Shown piece after piece: positions 26,207 through 36,937 of a stretch of DNA of 64,000 bases. The notes under the pieces were generated by a model. It did no database searches. It worked only from the letters and a program-made list of their open reading frames with translations, and was not told where the DNA came from. Both the position numbers and the translations under genes were made by a program. Numbering within the stretch: the first letter of the stretch is position 1; each line of letters starts with the position of its first letter. Source of the stretch: Candidatus Latescibacterota bacterium. GTDB taxonomy: Bacteria > Latescibacterota > UBA2968 > UBA8231. The DNA is taken from the NCBI GenBank assembly GCA_036336855.1, contig JAYZFI010000014.1:44734-108733 (forward strand). The letters are read 5' to 3'.

Positions 26207-28888
26207 ATGAGCAAGGACATGTTTGGCGCCCGCACCGCCCTATACGCGGGTGGCGCCCAGGGTTCGTTCTACCGCATTCAGAAGCTGGAAGAAGATGGGA
26301 TCGCCGAGATCTCTCGCCTGCCCTACTCCATCAAAATCTTGCTGGAGGCGGCGTTGCGGCAGTGCGACAACTTTGAGATCACCAAGGCCGACGTCGAACG
26401 CATCGCGCGGTGGAGCCCGGAAACCGCGGGCAAAGAAGAAATTCCCTTCAAGCCGGCGCGAGTCGTGATGCAGGATTTCACCGGCGTTCCAGCCGTCGTC
26501 GATCTCGCCGCAATGCGGGAAGCGATGATCGAGCTCGGCGGTGCCCCCAATAAGGTGAACCCGTTGATCCCCGTTGACCTCGTCATCGACCATTCCGTGC
26601 AGGTCGATTACTACGGGCTGAAGCAGGCCCTCGATCTCAACGCCGAACGCGAGTTCGAGCGCAATCGCGAACGCTATGAATTTCTGCGCTGGGGCCAGGA
26701 GGCCTTTGACAACTTCAGCGTTGTTCCTCCCGCAACCGGGATCGTGCACCAAGTCAATCTCGAGTACCTCGCATCTGTCGTGCAGGCCAAATCCGGAGAT
26801 GACGAGGACGTCTTCCTCCCTGACAGCCTGGTGGGCACCGACAGCCACACCACCATGATCAATGGTCTTGGCGTGGTCGGATGGGGGGTGGGGGGCATCG
26901 AAGCGGAAGCGGTCATGCTCGGCCAGCCCATCTACATGCTTTTGCCCCACGTGGTTGGCTTCAAGCTTGAAGGTGAGCTACCCACGGGGACCACGGCGAC
27001 CGACCTCGTACTCACCATCACCCAGATGCTGCGCCAGCACGGAGTGGTGGGCAAGTTCGTTGAGTTCTACGGGCCTGGGCTGAGTAAGATGGGTCTCGCC
27101 GACCGCGCCACCATTGCCAACATGGCGCCAGAGTACGGCGCAACCGTGGGTTTGTTTCCCGTGGACGAAGAGACCTTGGCCTACCTGCGGCAGACCGGCC
27201 GCAAGCCCGGTGTCGTCGAGCGGGTACGCACCTTCATGGAGGCGCAGGGCACGTTCTACACCCCGGATTTGCCGGACCCAGTGTTCTCTGAGACCTTGTC
27301 CCTCAACATGTCGACGGTGGTGCCGTCGCTGGCGGGTCCGACCCGACCCCAAGATCGGGTGGCTCTGAGCGACATGAAGAGTTCCTTCAAGACCACACTG
27401 ATCGAAACCCTGGACCGGGACGCCGCGGGCAGGACCGTGTCCGTCGACCTCGGCGACCGCGGTACCACCGACCTTCCGGAAGGCGCAGTGGTGCTGGCGG
27501 CAATCACTTCGTGCACGAACACGAGCAACCCGTCGGTGATGCTGGGAGCGGGTCTGCTGGCGCGCAAAGCTGTGGCCAAGGGGCTGACCGTTCCCGCGTA
27601 CGTGAAAACGAGCTTGGCGCCCGGATCCAAGGTGGTTACCCGCTACTTGGAAGCAGCCAACATGATGGAAGACCTGGAAACCCTCGGCTTTCACACCGTG
27701 GGTTACGGCTGCACCACCTGCATCGGTAACTCCGGACCCCTGCACCAGAATATTGAGAACGCGATTGCCGACGAGGATCTTGTGGTCTGCTCTGTACTGT
27801 CAGGCAACCGCAACTTTGAAGGTCGCGTGCACCCGCAGACGCGGGCGAACTATCTGGCATCGCCGCCGCTGGTGGTCGCCTTCGCATTAGTGGGTCGTGT
27901 TGACATCGACTTTGATAACGAGCCCATCGGGACCGGAAACGACGGAGACGTCTATCTGCGCGACATCTGGCCCACCCCGGACGAAATTCGCGAAGAGATC
28001 GCTCGCTCGGTGCAGCCCAAGATGTTCGAGGAGGAATACGGCAACGTGTTCTCCAGCAACGAGACTTGGAATCTGATCCCGGTACCGGAGGGCGAGCGCT
28101 ATGCTTGGGACGAGGCGAGTACGTATATCCGCCTGCCCTCATTTTTCCAGGAACTCAGTAAGGAGGCCGACAACATTGAGCCCATCACTGGCGCCCGAGT
28201 GCTGGCGCGTCTCGCCGACAGCGTCACCACCGACCACATCTCGCCGGCGGGTTTCATCGCCCCAGGGTCACCCGCCGCGCAGTATTTGGAGAGCAACGGC
28301 GTCGAAAGCGAAGACTGGAACAGTTACGGATCTCGCCGGGGGAACCACGAGGTGATGATGCGCGGAACCTTCGCCAATATCCGCATTCGCAACGAATTGG
28401 TGCCGGGCGTGGAAGGCGGCTACACCCGTCACCTGCCGTCCAATGAGCAGATGACGATCTATGACGCCGCCATGAAGTACGTGGAAGAGGGCGTTCCTAC
28501 CATTGTTCTCGCCGGTGCGGAGTACGGCACGGGCTCGAGTCGCGACTGGGCGGCGAAAGGTCCATACCTGCAAGGTGTGAGGGCGGCGATCGCCGAGAGT
28601 TTCGAGCGGATCCATCGATCCAACCTCATTGGCATGGGGATCCTTCCTCTGCAGTTCGAGAGCGGAGAGACTCGAGACAGCCTCGGTTTGACCGGCGAGG
28701 AACTGTACGATATCGCCATCGTTGAGGATCTCGCTCCGGGGCAGAAGGTGGAAATTGTAGCACGGGGCGGCGACGGCGGCGAAGAGAAGTGCTTCACAGC
28801 GGTATGCCGCATCGACACTCCGGTGGAGCTGGAGTACTACCGCAACGGCGGCATTCTGCAGACCGTGCTGCGACGAATGGCGTCGTAA
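26207..28888 (+). CDS. acnA: aconitate hydratase A
   Basis: 893 aa. Conserved aconitase/IRP family sequence throughout, including Fe-S cluster cysteines ([18 protein letters not shown]) and the swivel domain. Confidence 0.95.
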   Translation: MSKDMFGARTALYAGGAQGSFYRIQKLEEDGIAEISRLPYSIKILLEAALRQCDNFEITKADVERIARWSPETAGKEEIPFKPARVVMQDFTGVPAVVDLAAMREAMIELGGAPNKVNPLIPVDLVIDHSVQVDYYGLKQALDLNAEREFERNRERYEFLRWGQEAFDNFSVVPPATGIVHQVNLEYLASVVQAKSGDDEDVFLPDSLVGTDSHTTMINGLGVVGWGVGGIEAEAVMLGQPIYMLLPHVVGFKLEGELPTGTTATDLVLTITQMLRQHGVVGKFVEFYGPGLSKMGLADRATIANMAPEYGATVGLFPVDEETLAYLRQTGRKPGVVERVRTFMEAQGTFYTPDLPDPVFSETLSLNMSTVVPSLAGPTRPQDRVALSDMKSSFKTTLIETLDRDAAGRTVSVDLGDRGTTDLPEGAVVLAAITSCTNTSNPSVMLGAGLLARKAVAKGLTVPAYVKTSLAPGSKVVTRYLEAANMMEDLETLGFHTVGYGCTTCIGNSGPLHQNIENAIADEDLVVCSVLSGNRNFEGRVHPQTRANYLASPPLVVAFALVGRVDIDFDNEPIGTGNDGDVYLRDIWPTPDEIREEIARSVQPKMFEEEYGNVFSSNETWNLIPVPEGERYAWDEASTYIRLPSFFQELSKEADNIEPITGARVLARLADSVTTDHISPAGFIAPGSPAAQYLESNGVESEDWNSYGSRRGNHEVMMRGTFANIRIRNELVPGVEGGYTRHLPSNEQMTIYDAAMKYVEEGVPTIVLAGAEYGTGSSRDWAAKGPYLQGVRAAIAESFERIHRSNLIGMGILPLQFESGETRDSLGLTGEELYDIAIVEDLAPGQKVEIVARGGDGGEEKCFTAVCRIDTPVELEYYRNGGILQTVLRRMAS

Positions 28889-29069
28889 GTCAGGCCACAG
28901 CTGTCCCACGATCGTCTCTGCACATTGGCGCAGCACGGTCTGCGACTGGGAAACTGCACGGCGGCAGCGGCTTCTCTGCGGGCAGCTGTCAGACTCGATT
29001 CCACCAATCGGGTCTTCCGGCAGTCCCACCGTCGAAGGATGTGACGACTCTCACCCACAGGCGAAAACC

Positions 29070-30317
29070 ATGAGCTTGAATCACGCGCCTTTCTTGATTC
29101 GGGAAATCCGGAGTCAACGGCTCAACGTGCCCTTCCACCCGCGCAGCGCTCACACCGTGGATGTGCGCGTGCCCACTTGGTCGGTTGTCGATCTCTATCG
29201 TGTGACGCTGAGCTCAGGAGCGGTGGGGATCGGCGAGACCATCGACAACTACACCTTCGGCACGATCAGCTGTGAGCGTGCCCAGGCCCTGGTCGGTCGC
29301 AACGCCATGGAGCTGTTGTGGGACGACAGCTTGGGTGCAGGCGTACAGATGGCGCTGTTCGACGCCGTGGGCAAGACGGCAGGAGTGCCCTGTCATCGTC
29401 TCATGGGAGTGCAGCACCGGGAAACATGCCCGGTTTCGTGGTGGGCTCAGGATATGCCGCCGGAGTTGTGGGCGGCGGAGGCGCGTAGCGCCGTGGAGCA
29501 CGGCTTCACCACTATGAAGGTGAAGGCGCGTCCCTGGTTTGACATTGACGCCCAGCTGGCCGCGGTGTCCGACGCCGTTCCCGACTATTTCCGCCTCGAC
29601 GCTGACTTCAATGGACTGCTGCTCGGAGTCGACCACGCCGCCCACATCATCGGATCCCTGGAAGAGAAGTATCCCGTACTGGCGATTGTGGAATCGCCGA
29701 TTCCGCAGGAAGACGTTGCCGGCAACGCCCTGCTGCGGAGCAAGGTTCGCAGTCCAATCGCCATGCACTTCGGCAATCCGCCCGCGATGACAGCGATTCG
29801 CGGGGGTGTGTGCGACGGCTTCGTAATCAGCGGTGGCGCGGGTCGGGTGATGAGTCAGGGGACGCTGGCCGAACACGCGAGCATGCCCTTCTGGCTGCAA
29901 TTGGTGGGTACGGGGCTCACGACAATCTGGAGTTGCCACCTGGGCTCGGTGCTGAAGCAAGCGCGCTGGCCAGCCATTCCCGGTGTCAACATCTACGAGC
30001 ACACTCTGGTTTCTCTCGAGTTCTCGGGAGGGCATCTACGTGTACCCAAAGGCCCTGGGCTGGGCGTGGAACTCGACGAGGAGGCTATCGCTCGCTTCGA
30101 GGTAGCGGCAGATTTCCAGAAGCAACTGCCAAGAGAGATCCACACGATTCATTGGCCCGACGGCCGCCAGGATCATTACCCGGACGGCAGCTATCGTCAG
30201 GACTTTCTCGAGGGTAAACTACATCCTGGGTTCCTCCCCGGCATCCACACTGATCGAGTCCTCGACAACGGCAGTGCCGAGTTCGACAAGCACTGGCGAG
30301 AGCTGTTCGCTAGGTGA
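29070..30317 (+). CDS. enolase-superfamily enzyme (mandelate racemase / muconate lactonizing enzyme subgroup)
   Basis: 415 aa. KxK (TTMKVK), metal ligands (LDADFNG, ESPIPQED) and capping domain. Stop overlaps the GT-C start. Confidence 0.75.
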   Translation: MSLNHAPFLIREIRSQRLNVPFHPRSAHTVDVRVPTWSVVDLYRVTLSSGAVGIGETIDNYTFGTISCERAQALVGRNAMELLWDDSLGAGVQMALFDAVGKTAGVPCHRLMGVQHRETCPVSWWAQDMPPELWAAEARSAVEHGFTTMKVKARPWFDIDAQLAAVSDAVPDYFRLDADFNGLLLGVDHAAHIIGSLEEKYPVLAIVESPIPQEDVAGNALLRSKVRSPIAMHFGNPPAMTAIRGGVCDGFVISGGAGRVMSQGTLAEHASMPFWLQLVGTGLTTIWSCHLGSVLKQARWPAIPGVNIYEHTLVSLEFSGGHLRVPKGPGLGVELDEEAIARFEVAADFQKQLPREIHTIHWPDGRQDHYPDGSYRQDFLEGKLHPGFLPGIHTDRVLDNGSAEFDKHWRELFAR

Positions 30318-32728
30318 ACCGCATGGCCGTCGGCGGCGTGCTGCTGCTCGCCTTTCTATTGCGAGTCTGGGGCCTGCTGTCGGGGAATCTTGTCCCCCAC
30401 CCCGACGAGATCTTTATGGTCATCTACCCGCTGGGCCTATTCAGCGGCGACCTCAATCCCCACCACTTCCACTACCCCAACTTCCACTTCTACGAGCTCG
30501 GCCTCGTCTACGGTCTGCACTTCATCGTGCAGTACTTATTCGGAGAGGGGCGCTCCCTGATCGATTGGGCGGCACATCACTTCTTCTGGGGTGCCGAGTC
30601 CATGATGGATGTGGCTCGCCTGATCGGAGTTGCTTACTCGATGGGAACGGTGGCATTAGCGGGATTGCTGGCGCGGGAGCTGGCAACCTGGCGGGGCCAT
30701 TCGGGCAGCGCTGAAAGGTGCGACATTGGCCAGACAGCGGTAGCCACCTTCCTGGCGATGCTACTGATGGCAGTGAATGTTCTGCACGTTCGGCAGTCGC
30801 CGATCGCCTCAGTGGACGTGCCTCTTGCGTTCTGGTTCGGCATGGCTACTTGGGGAGGCTTGCGGCTGCTCACCAGGCACGAGGTGCGTGACTATCTGAT
30901 CGCCGGAACACTGGTGGGACTCTCCGCGGCTTGCAAGTACCCCGGCGTGATGTCATGTGCTGCGGTGATGACTGCCCACCTGATTGCAAGGCGACGTGTC
31001 CTGGACAGCCGTCTCTGGCTGGCAGGCCTGGCATCGATCGTCACTTTCTTAGCGCTCTCTCCCTATATCGCTCTCGACTTCGAGACCTTCAGGGCTCATT
31101 TCCTGCATCAGATCGTGCATGTGGAGGAGGGGCGCGACTTCATCCCAGCGCCCTTCTATCACCACCTGTGGATCAGCCTGCGCTTGGGATCAGGCCACCT
31201 GGTCTGGGTGGTTTCCCTTGCCGCATTCGGAGTCGCGCTCTGGGAACGAAGATCGGCTCACCTGGCCGTGGTGGCACCGATCGTCTGCGGCTATGCTATG
31301 GTCAGTTGGGGAGAGCTTGTCTTTTTGCGCTACGCGTTGCCCCTCCTGGCTCTGCAGGCCGCGCTTTCCGCGGATCTGGTGGCTCGTTTTCTCTCGTGGG
31401 TTCCCGTCCGTACCCCGCAGCTGAAGTGGGCCCCTTACGTTTGTGCCCTCTTGCTCACGGCGGAACCGCTGCACGAATCCCTGCACACGGTACGCTTGCA
31501 GTCTATGGCTGACACTCGCCGACAGGCGCGGGCGGATCTGACCGAGATAATTCCCGATGGCAGCGTCTGCTGCAACTTCGGCGGATGGGCGGGCGATGTA
31601 CCGCTCTGGACGTACGAGGAGCTGTGGTGGCGCTCCGCGCGGTTCGTGTCGCGCTTCGGCATGCAACAGCTCGCTGACGCGATTCCGGATTTGACGGCGA
31701 ACCGGCCGGACGAACCCTTCGTAAGCTACGCCCTGCAGGGGCGCAATCGCCATCTCAGCGAAGGATCGATGGAGCTGTTGCACGGTCGCGAATGTCGCTA
31801 CGTGCTGATGCATCGACATTCGCTGGTATATTCCGCCGTCGATTCCGGCTTCGTGCCCCAACTCGAGCGCATCGCCGAACGTTTTGCCGTCTGGGGACCG
31901 CCGATCGCTGAAGATTCTGCCCACTACGATCCAATGGACGGCTACTATTTGCCTTTCGACGGGGGCAGAAGTGTGGCGCGGACGGGGCCGACGATTGAGG
32001 CGTGGAGGGTTCGTGGTTACGAACGACGCTCGAATCGGCCCGACAATCCGTTTTCGCAGGCCTTCGCGGTGTGGGCGGCTGTGCTCATGCGCGAGGGCAG
32101 ACCCAAGGATGCGCGCGTCGCCCTGGAGGCCGCGCGAGTTTTGGAGCCCAAGAGCCCGTACGTTGCCATGTTTCTTTCCGCCTGGGAAGGCGAGAACGGC
32201 GATCTCGCACAAGCGTTGGAGATGGCCCAGTACGTTGCAGAGGGTGCGCCCTGGCTGACTGGGGCTAAGACCCACTACGGGCGCCTGCTCCGTCAAGCCG
32301 GACGGCTCGCCGAGGCGGAACGTCAGTTACTCCAGGCGAGAGGTCACAATCCCATGCAGGGCGAAGTTTGGCACGAGCTGGCAATGTGCTATTTCGAGAG
32401 TGGCGCCTATGCGGAAGCGGCGGAGGCTTGGACGCGAGCCATTGAATTGAGACCGACGCGGGCAGACTACTCCTTCAACCTTGCCTACACCTACCTGGAG
32501 TATCTCGACGCGCCCGAGCGGGCGGTGGCACCGCTTCGCACCGCGATGGCGAAAGGTCACGATGTCACTGACGCGCAGATCAAGCTCGCACAGGCTTATC
32601 TGAAGACAGGAAATCGAGCCGAGGCGATGCGGTGGTACGAGGAAGCCCTCCTGGGCAATCCGGACGAGGAGCAGAAGTCAGACCTTGCAACGGTCCTTTT
32701 GCAGCTAAATAGGGAAAGCTCGTTGTAG
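30314..32728 (+). CDS. ArnT/PMT-like GT-C family membrane glycosyltransferase fused to a C-terminal TPR domain (paralog 1)
   Basis: 804 aa. About 11-13 TM helices. First-loop HPDE motif (LVPHPDEIFMVIYP) as in the ArnT LPDETRY and PMT DE motif. C-terminal third shows TPR repeats (WHELAMCYFESGAYAEAAEAWTRAIEL...). Confidence 0.75.
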   Translation: MNRMAVGGVLLLAFLLRVWGLLSGNLVPHPDEIFMVIYPLGLFSGDLNPHHFHYPNFHFYELGLVYGLHFIVQYLFGEGRSLIDWAAHHFFWGAESMMDVARLIGVAYSMGTVALAGLLARELATWRGHSGSAERCDIGQTAVATFLAMLLMAVNVLHVRQSPIASVDVPLAFWFGMATWGGLRLLTRHEVRDYLIAGTLVGLSAACKYPGVMSCAAVMTAHLIARRRVLDSRLWLAGLASIVTFLALSPYIALDFETFRAHFLHQIVHVEEGRDFIPAPFYHHLWISLRLGSGHLVWVVSLAAFGVALWERRSAHLAVVAPIVCGYAMVSWGELVFLRYALPLLALQAALSADLVARFLSWVPVRTPQLKWAPYVCALLLTAEPLHESLHTVRLQSMADTRRQARADLTEIIPDGSVCCNFGGWAGDVPLWTYEELWWRSARFVSRFGMQQLADAIPDLTANRPDEPFVSYALQGRNRHLSEGSMELLHGRECRYVLMHRHSLVYSAVDSGFVPQLERIAERFAVWGPPIAEDSAHYDPMDGYYLPFDGGRSVARTGPTIEAWRVRGYERRSNRPDNPFSQAFAVWAAVLMREGRPKDARVALEAARVLEPKSPYVAMFLSAWEGENGDLAQALEMAQYVAEGAPWLTGAKTHYGRLLRQAGRLAEAERQLLQARGHNPMQGEVWHELAMCYFESGAYAEAAEAWTRAIELRPTRADYSFNLAYTYLEYLDAPERAVAPLRTAMAKGHDVTDAQIKLAQAYLKTGNRAEAMRWYEEALLGNPDEEQKSDLATVLLQLNRESSL

Positions 32729-32738
32729 AGGCTTCCGT

Positions 32739-33275
32739 TCAGCGGACGAGACGAGCAACTTCTTTGAAGGCCGGATCTTTCGCGTCCCGCAGTAATTCGA
32801 AGAGAGCCATTTCCACCGAAGTAATGCTCGTCCCCACTTCCGCCATACGCCGAAGCCCCAACCGGCAGTTGCTCTCCGTTCGCGAAGAGACCGCGTCCGA
32901 GACCACCTCAACGGCAAAACCGGCGGCGAGAAGGTCGCGCGCTGTCTGATACACGCAAACGTGGGATTCGATGCCCACGATGAAGACAGTTTCGGCTTCC
33001 GTCTTTCGCAAGTCTACGAGGAATTGCTCCGCTCCACAGGCACTGAAGCTCGTCTTGGCGATTGGTTGAAGACCTGCCAACAGCTCAGCGATCTCGGGAG
33101 CCGTCGGCCCGAGACCCTGGGGGTATTGCTCCAGCCATAGGGTGGGAATCTCCAAAGCTCGCACCCCGCGCAGGAAGATCTGCAGCTGCCGGTACAGGTT
33201 GTCACGCTCATACATCAGGTCGGCGAGCTTACCCTGCACGTCGATAACGACGACGGTCGACCGGTCCCGTTTCAC
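32739..33275 (-). CDS. isochorismatase-family cysteine hydrolase
   Basis: 178 aa. D-K-C triad context (VVIDVQ, AKTSFSAC, GIESHVCV). Confidence 0.85.
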   Translation of the reverse strand: MKRDRSTVVVIDVQGKLADLMYERDNLYRQLQIFLRGVRALEIPTLWLEQYPQGLGPTAPEIAELLAGLQPIAKTSFSACGAEQFLVDLRKTEAETVFIVGIESHVCVYQTARDLLAAGFAVEVVSDAVSSRTESNCRLGLRRMAEVGTSITSVEMALFELLRDAKDPAFKEVARLVR

Positions 33276-34054
33276 ACGCTCTGCTCACGATGATATCTTC
33301 GCACAGCGCCCGCGCCGCGCAGGCGGATCCGAATCATGTCGATGGGGTCCTGCGCCAGGCAGCGCAGGGGGTTGATCGTCGAACCCGGCGCGTTCTTCCA
33401 GGCAACCAGGACGAAAGCGATGCGCAGGTTCAGGCGGTGGGCGAAGTAGAAAATCTCCACGTCAATGGTACCCCCGTTGATTTCTGACAGAGAGAAGATC
33501 TTGCGGGCCGCATCTCGCGTGAAGACCTTGAACCCGCACTGGCTGTCGACGACCGCTTGGCGGAACACGATGAGGTGGGCGAGCCAGAGAAAGCCCAGGC
33601 CCATGACCCGTCGCGCCCAGCTTTCACGGGTCTCCACGGTTCGCACACCTGCGGCGACGTCGTAGCCCTCGTCAATGCGGGCCAGGAAATTCTCGAGGTT
33701 CTCGATGCGCGTGGAGTGGTCGGCATCCATGAAGATGATGCGCTCGCCGCAGGCTTCGAGGCAGCCCCGGCGCACGGCAGCCCCTTTGCCCTGGTTCTGC
33801 CCCTGTGCCAGCACCCGTAGCGCGGGCCAGTCCGCGGCAATCCGGGAGACTTTTTCTACGGTGTCGTCGCGGCTGCCATCATCGACGACGATGACCTCAC
33901 AGGTGTAGTCCTGACGGTTCAGATACTCCTTGCATTCACATAGGGTGCCCTCAATGCGGTGTGACTCGTTGTACGCCGGGATGACGATGGACAGGTCGAC
34001 GCTGTCGCTCAAGACTCGAACTCCACCGTCATCACCACATTCGAGCACTGCCAA
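33272..34054 (-). CDS. GT2 polyprenyl-phosphate sugar synthase (DPM1/ALG5/ArnC-like)
   Basis: GT-A fold motifs LSIVIPAYNE, VVDDGSRD, QGKGAAV and DADHS (DxD-type). No C-terminal TM helices, so DPM1-like. True start probably at an internal GTG, since the ORF 5' end overlaps the upstream methyltransferase by 46 nt. Confidence 0.85.
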   Translation of the reverse strand: MAVLECGDDGGVRVLSDSVDLSIVIPAYNESHRIEGTLCECKEYLNRQDYTCEVIVVDDGSRDDTVEKVSRIAADWPALRVLAQGQNQGKGAAVRRGCLEACGERIIFMDADHSTRIENLENFLARIDEGYDVAAGVRTVETRESWARRVMGLGFLWLAHLIVFRQAVVDSQCGFKVFTRDAARKIFSLSEINGGTIDVEIFYFAHRLNLRIAFVLVAWKNAPGSTINPLRCLAQDPIDMIRIRLRGAGAVRRYHREQSV

Positions 34055-34764
34055 CGAAAGAACGGCACCCGCTCAATGATGTGATTGAATAGAATGAGAG
34101 GCTGTAGAAGAGGTTTGGGGGTGCCTCCGGGCAAGGGAAAGAGGAAAGGCCGAATCCGGAAGTCGCGCAGGGGGCCGGCTTTGGCAAAGAAGCGCCGGTA
34201 CTGGCGGGGAGTGTAAGAGCGTTCCCCTGTGGCACGATGCCCCTCGGTCTGCTCCATGAGCTTGCGACCGACGCTCAACCCGTTGGATTCGGTCAGGAAC
34301 AGTCGACCCCGAGAGACGCGGGCCATTTCTCGCGCCATAAGAAAGGGATCGGACACGTGGTGGAGGACATCGTAGGAGATGACGGCATCGAAACTGCGGT
34401 CACGAAACGGAAGGTGCAGGGCATCGGAGGAAAGGCTTGGCAGCCCCACGGATCGTAACCATCGAGCCCCTTCCGGAAAGATCTCCGATGTGGTATACCG
34501 AGAGACGCACTCCGGATCACGATCGAGGACGCGTCGCGGAACCTCGCCGTTCCCCGCACCTACCTCGAGAAAAGTGAGGGCACGGTCTTCACCGAAAGTC
34601 TCGAAGAACAGATCGACGTAGCGGGGAATGGCAAAGGCTGTGGAGAGGTCACCCAACAGCCGCGTCCGCCAGCTTTCGTCTTGGGAGTGAAAGCGGGTCC
34701 AATCTACCTCTGCGTCGGACTGGGGCCTGTTATCGCTCACAACCAACCCTGCTGACGGGCCCAC
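34009..34764 (-). CDS. class I SAM-dependent methyltransferase
   Basis: 251 aa. Motif I LEVGAGNG and post-I/II acidic residues (AVISYDVLHHV). Confidence 0.8.
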   Translation of the reverse strand: MGPSAGLVVSDNRPQSDAEVDWTRFHSQDESWRTRLLGDLSTAFAIPRYVDLFFETFGEDRALTFLEVGAGNGEVPRRVLDRDPECVSRYTTSEIFPEGARWLRSVGLPSLSSDALHLPFRDRSFDAVISYDVLHHVSDPFLMAREMARVSRGRLFLTESNGLSVGRKLMEQTEGHRATGERSYTPRQYRRFFAKAGPLRDFRIRPFLFPLPGGTPKPLLQPLILFNHIIERVPFFRWQCSNVVMTVEFES

Positions 34765-35753
34765 TGCACGGCAGTGCGCATTCCCGCAGAGATGCCCGTC
34801 TGTGGGTCAAACCCCAATTCCCGGCGGGCTCGATCGTTACGGCACCCCATATGCCGAGTGCCCTCACCGGCGACATGGATCATCATGGAGTACAGGCCGA
34901 ACGCGGAGAGGCCCCGATCGAGCCAGTGACAGAGCTGTGCACCAAAACCCGGCAGGTAACGGGGCCGTACGTGAGCACCTTGGGCCTCACCCATTTCCCG
35001 GAGCACTTGAGCCCAGTCATAGATCTCGTTGTCAGCGATGAAGTAGGTGCCGCCGGCGGCAACGGGAAGCACCAAGGCACGACCCACGGCGTCGATGAGA
35101 TCGTCGATATAGATCATGCTCACCCGATTGTGTCCATCGCCTAGAATGGGAGGCCGCCCTCCGCCGGCAAGTTGGTAGGCCCGTAGTTGGCGGCGCGGGA
35201 AGAACGGACCATAGAAGGTCGTCGGCCGCAGCACTACTCCCTCTGTGGAGGAGCCCTCCAGACGCTCCCATAGAGCTCGCTCACCCCGCAGCTTGCTGCG
35301 ACCGTAGTGGCTCCTGGGCTTGGGTGGGTCTGTCTCTCGCATATCCAAGGTGGCGGAACCAAAGCCGGCGGCAGCATTGCTGCTGATGAAGACCAGTCGC
35401 TGAACGCCTGCCTGCACCGCAAGGTCGGAGAGATTGCGACAGGCATCACCATTGATCTCGTAGAGCTTCCGAATTCGTCGGGGATGAATGATGCCGCCGG
35501 CGTGGAGGACAAGCTGAGCACCCGACACAGCCTTTTCGATCACCGCTACATCGCGGAGGTCACCCTCGACAATCTCATCTACAATCGGCAGACGAGAATG
35601 CTTGGAGTAACCCGGAGCAACGAGTGCGCGCCAGCGATAGCGCGATAGCTCCTTCGACCAGTTGCCGGCTGTGCTTCCTGCTTGGAGCAGGCGCAGCAGG
35701 TGTTCGGTTAACCAACCCGGATAGCCGGTCATCAGCGCCAAGGGCGCCGTCAC
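34737..35753 (-). CDS. NAD-dependent epimerase/dehydratase (extended SDR)
   Basis: 338 aa. N-terminal Rossmann and a YxxxK-type region. Typical nucleotide-sugar epimerase/dehydratase length. Confidence 0.8.
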   Translation of the reverse strand: MTAPLALMTGYPGWLTEHLLRLLQAGSTAGNWSKELSRYRWRALVAPGYSKHSRLPIVDEIVEGDLRDVAVIEKAVSGAQLVLHAGGIIHPRRIRKLYEINGDACRNLSDLAVQAGVQRLVFISSNAAAGFGSATLDMRETDPPKPRSHYGRSKLRGERALWERLEGSSTEGVVLRPTTFYGPFFPRRQLRAYQLAGGGRPPILGDGHNRVSMIYIDDLIDAVGRALVLPVAAGGTYFIADNEIYDWAQVLREMGEAQGAHVRPRYLPGFGAQLCHWLDRGLSAFGLYSMMIHVAGEGTRHMGCRNDRARRELGFDPQTGISAGMRTAVQWARQQGWL

Positions 35754-35786
35754 TGGCCATCTCCCACTAAACTCATTCGCGACAAG

Positions 35787-36932
35787 CTATATATAACCGG
35801 TAGAGCCATCCGGGCGAACCGGACAGGTGCGTTGCCAATGAATGTACTCGTTGTCGGTGATCGCATCCTCGTTGATTTCGATGCCGAGACCTGGTCGATC
35901 GACTCGGAGCTCTAGGTAGCCGTCTTTGGGCATATAGGGCTCATCAACCCAGTTGTTCCATTCGGTGTCGGTCGGTAGGAGGTATTCGAGGATCTTGAAA
36001 TTGCAGGTCGATGCGGCGAAGTGGACGTTCACTGCAGTCGCAAGGGGACCCATGGGGTTATGAGGAGCGACACTGACGTAATGGGCTTCCGCGATGTGGG
36101 CGATCTTCTTCATCTCCAGCAGACCGCCGCAGATACAGACGTCAGGTTGTACAATGTCGGCTCCATTGCTAGCGATGAGATTGAGAAACTCGAAGCGGCC
36201 ATACAGACTCTCGCCCGTGGCCAGGGGGACGCGCATCTGCTCACGCAGTCGCGACCACTGCGGAATGTGCTCAGGTCGTAGCGGCTCCTCGTAAAACAAT
36301 GGATCGTAGGGCGCCAAGGCATCAGACAGCTGGAGGGCGCGAATGGGTTCAAAGATCTTGGCGTGGGGGTCGAAGGCAAATTCCCACTCTCCTGGAGTGT
36401 TGAGACGCAGCTCTTCGAAGTATTTCGCCGCCGCGGAGCAAACACGACCCCAGCGATCGGAGTCCGGATCGAGCTGGTATGGGCTTGTCTTGAAAGCGGT
36501 GAAGCCCCAATCCTCGTGGAGCCGACGCGCCTGATCTGCTGCCTCTTTGCCGTCGCGCCCCCCGATGCCGCGGTAAACGCGAATGCGATCCCGGGCATTC
36601 CCGCCCAGCAACATGTACACCGGGAGTCCCGCCGCTTTGCCGGTGATGTCCCACAGGGCGTGATCGAGAGCGGATATGGCGGGCAGCCCCACGCCTCCAG
36701 GCGGGAAGCGAAACTGCTGATGCAGCTTCATCATGATGTATTCGATGCGCCGAGGATCCTCACCTTGAATCATCTCGAAGAGGTAGTCGGCGATGGGCTC
36801 CACTGAAAGGTCAGGACCAGTGGAGTAGGCCTCGCCCCAACCATGGATGCCCTCATCAGTCTCAACCTTCAGAAGGGCCCGGGGGCGATTGCCGAAGCGA
36901 GCGACGAACGTTTTAATCGCGGTAATCTTCAT
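35787..36932 (-). CDS. enolase-superfamily sugar-acid dehydratase (D-galactonate/D-mannonate dehydratase-like)
   Basis: Start trimmed to MKITAIKTFVARFG, 5 nt after the GH88 stop. Barrel metal ligands and conserved His (...WGEAYS..., ...LLEMKKIAHIAEAHY...). Confidence 0.8.
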   Translation of the reverse strand: MKITAIKTFVARFGNRPRALLKVETDEGIHGWGEAYSTGPDLSVEPIADYLFEMIQGEDPRRIEYIMMKLHQQFRFPPGGVGLPAISALDHALWDITGKAAGLPVYMLLGGNARDRIRVYRGIGGRDGKEAADQARRLHEDWGFTAFKTSPYQLDPDSDRWGRVCSAAAKYFEELRLNTPGEWEFAFDPHAKIFEPIRALQLSDALAPYDPLFYEEPLRPEHIPQWSRLREQMRVPLATGESLYGRFEFLNLIASNGADIVQPDVCICGGLLEMKKIAHIAEAHYVSVAPHNPMGPLATAVNVHFAASTCNFKILEYLLPTDTEWNNWVDEPYMPKDGYLELRVDRPGLGIEINEDAITDNEYIHWQRTCPVRPDGSTGYI

Positions 36933-36937
36933 GATCG

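Noticed and set aside
26240-26950. 236-aa ORF antisense to acnA (and several others inside acnA)
   Set aside because: acnA is unambiguous over its whole length. Antisense ORFs are compositional artefacts.
28268-29029. 253-aa minus-strand ORF spanning the acnA 3' end and the intergenic region
   Set aside because: Mostly antisense to acnA. No start context or motifs.
31190-32296. 368-aa ORF antisense to the GT-C/TPR gene
   Set aside because: Lies entirely inside a well-supported plus-strand gene. Composition is Arg/Pro/Gly-rich with no domain features, typical of spurious antisense ORFs in high-GC DNA.
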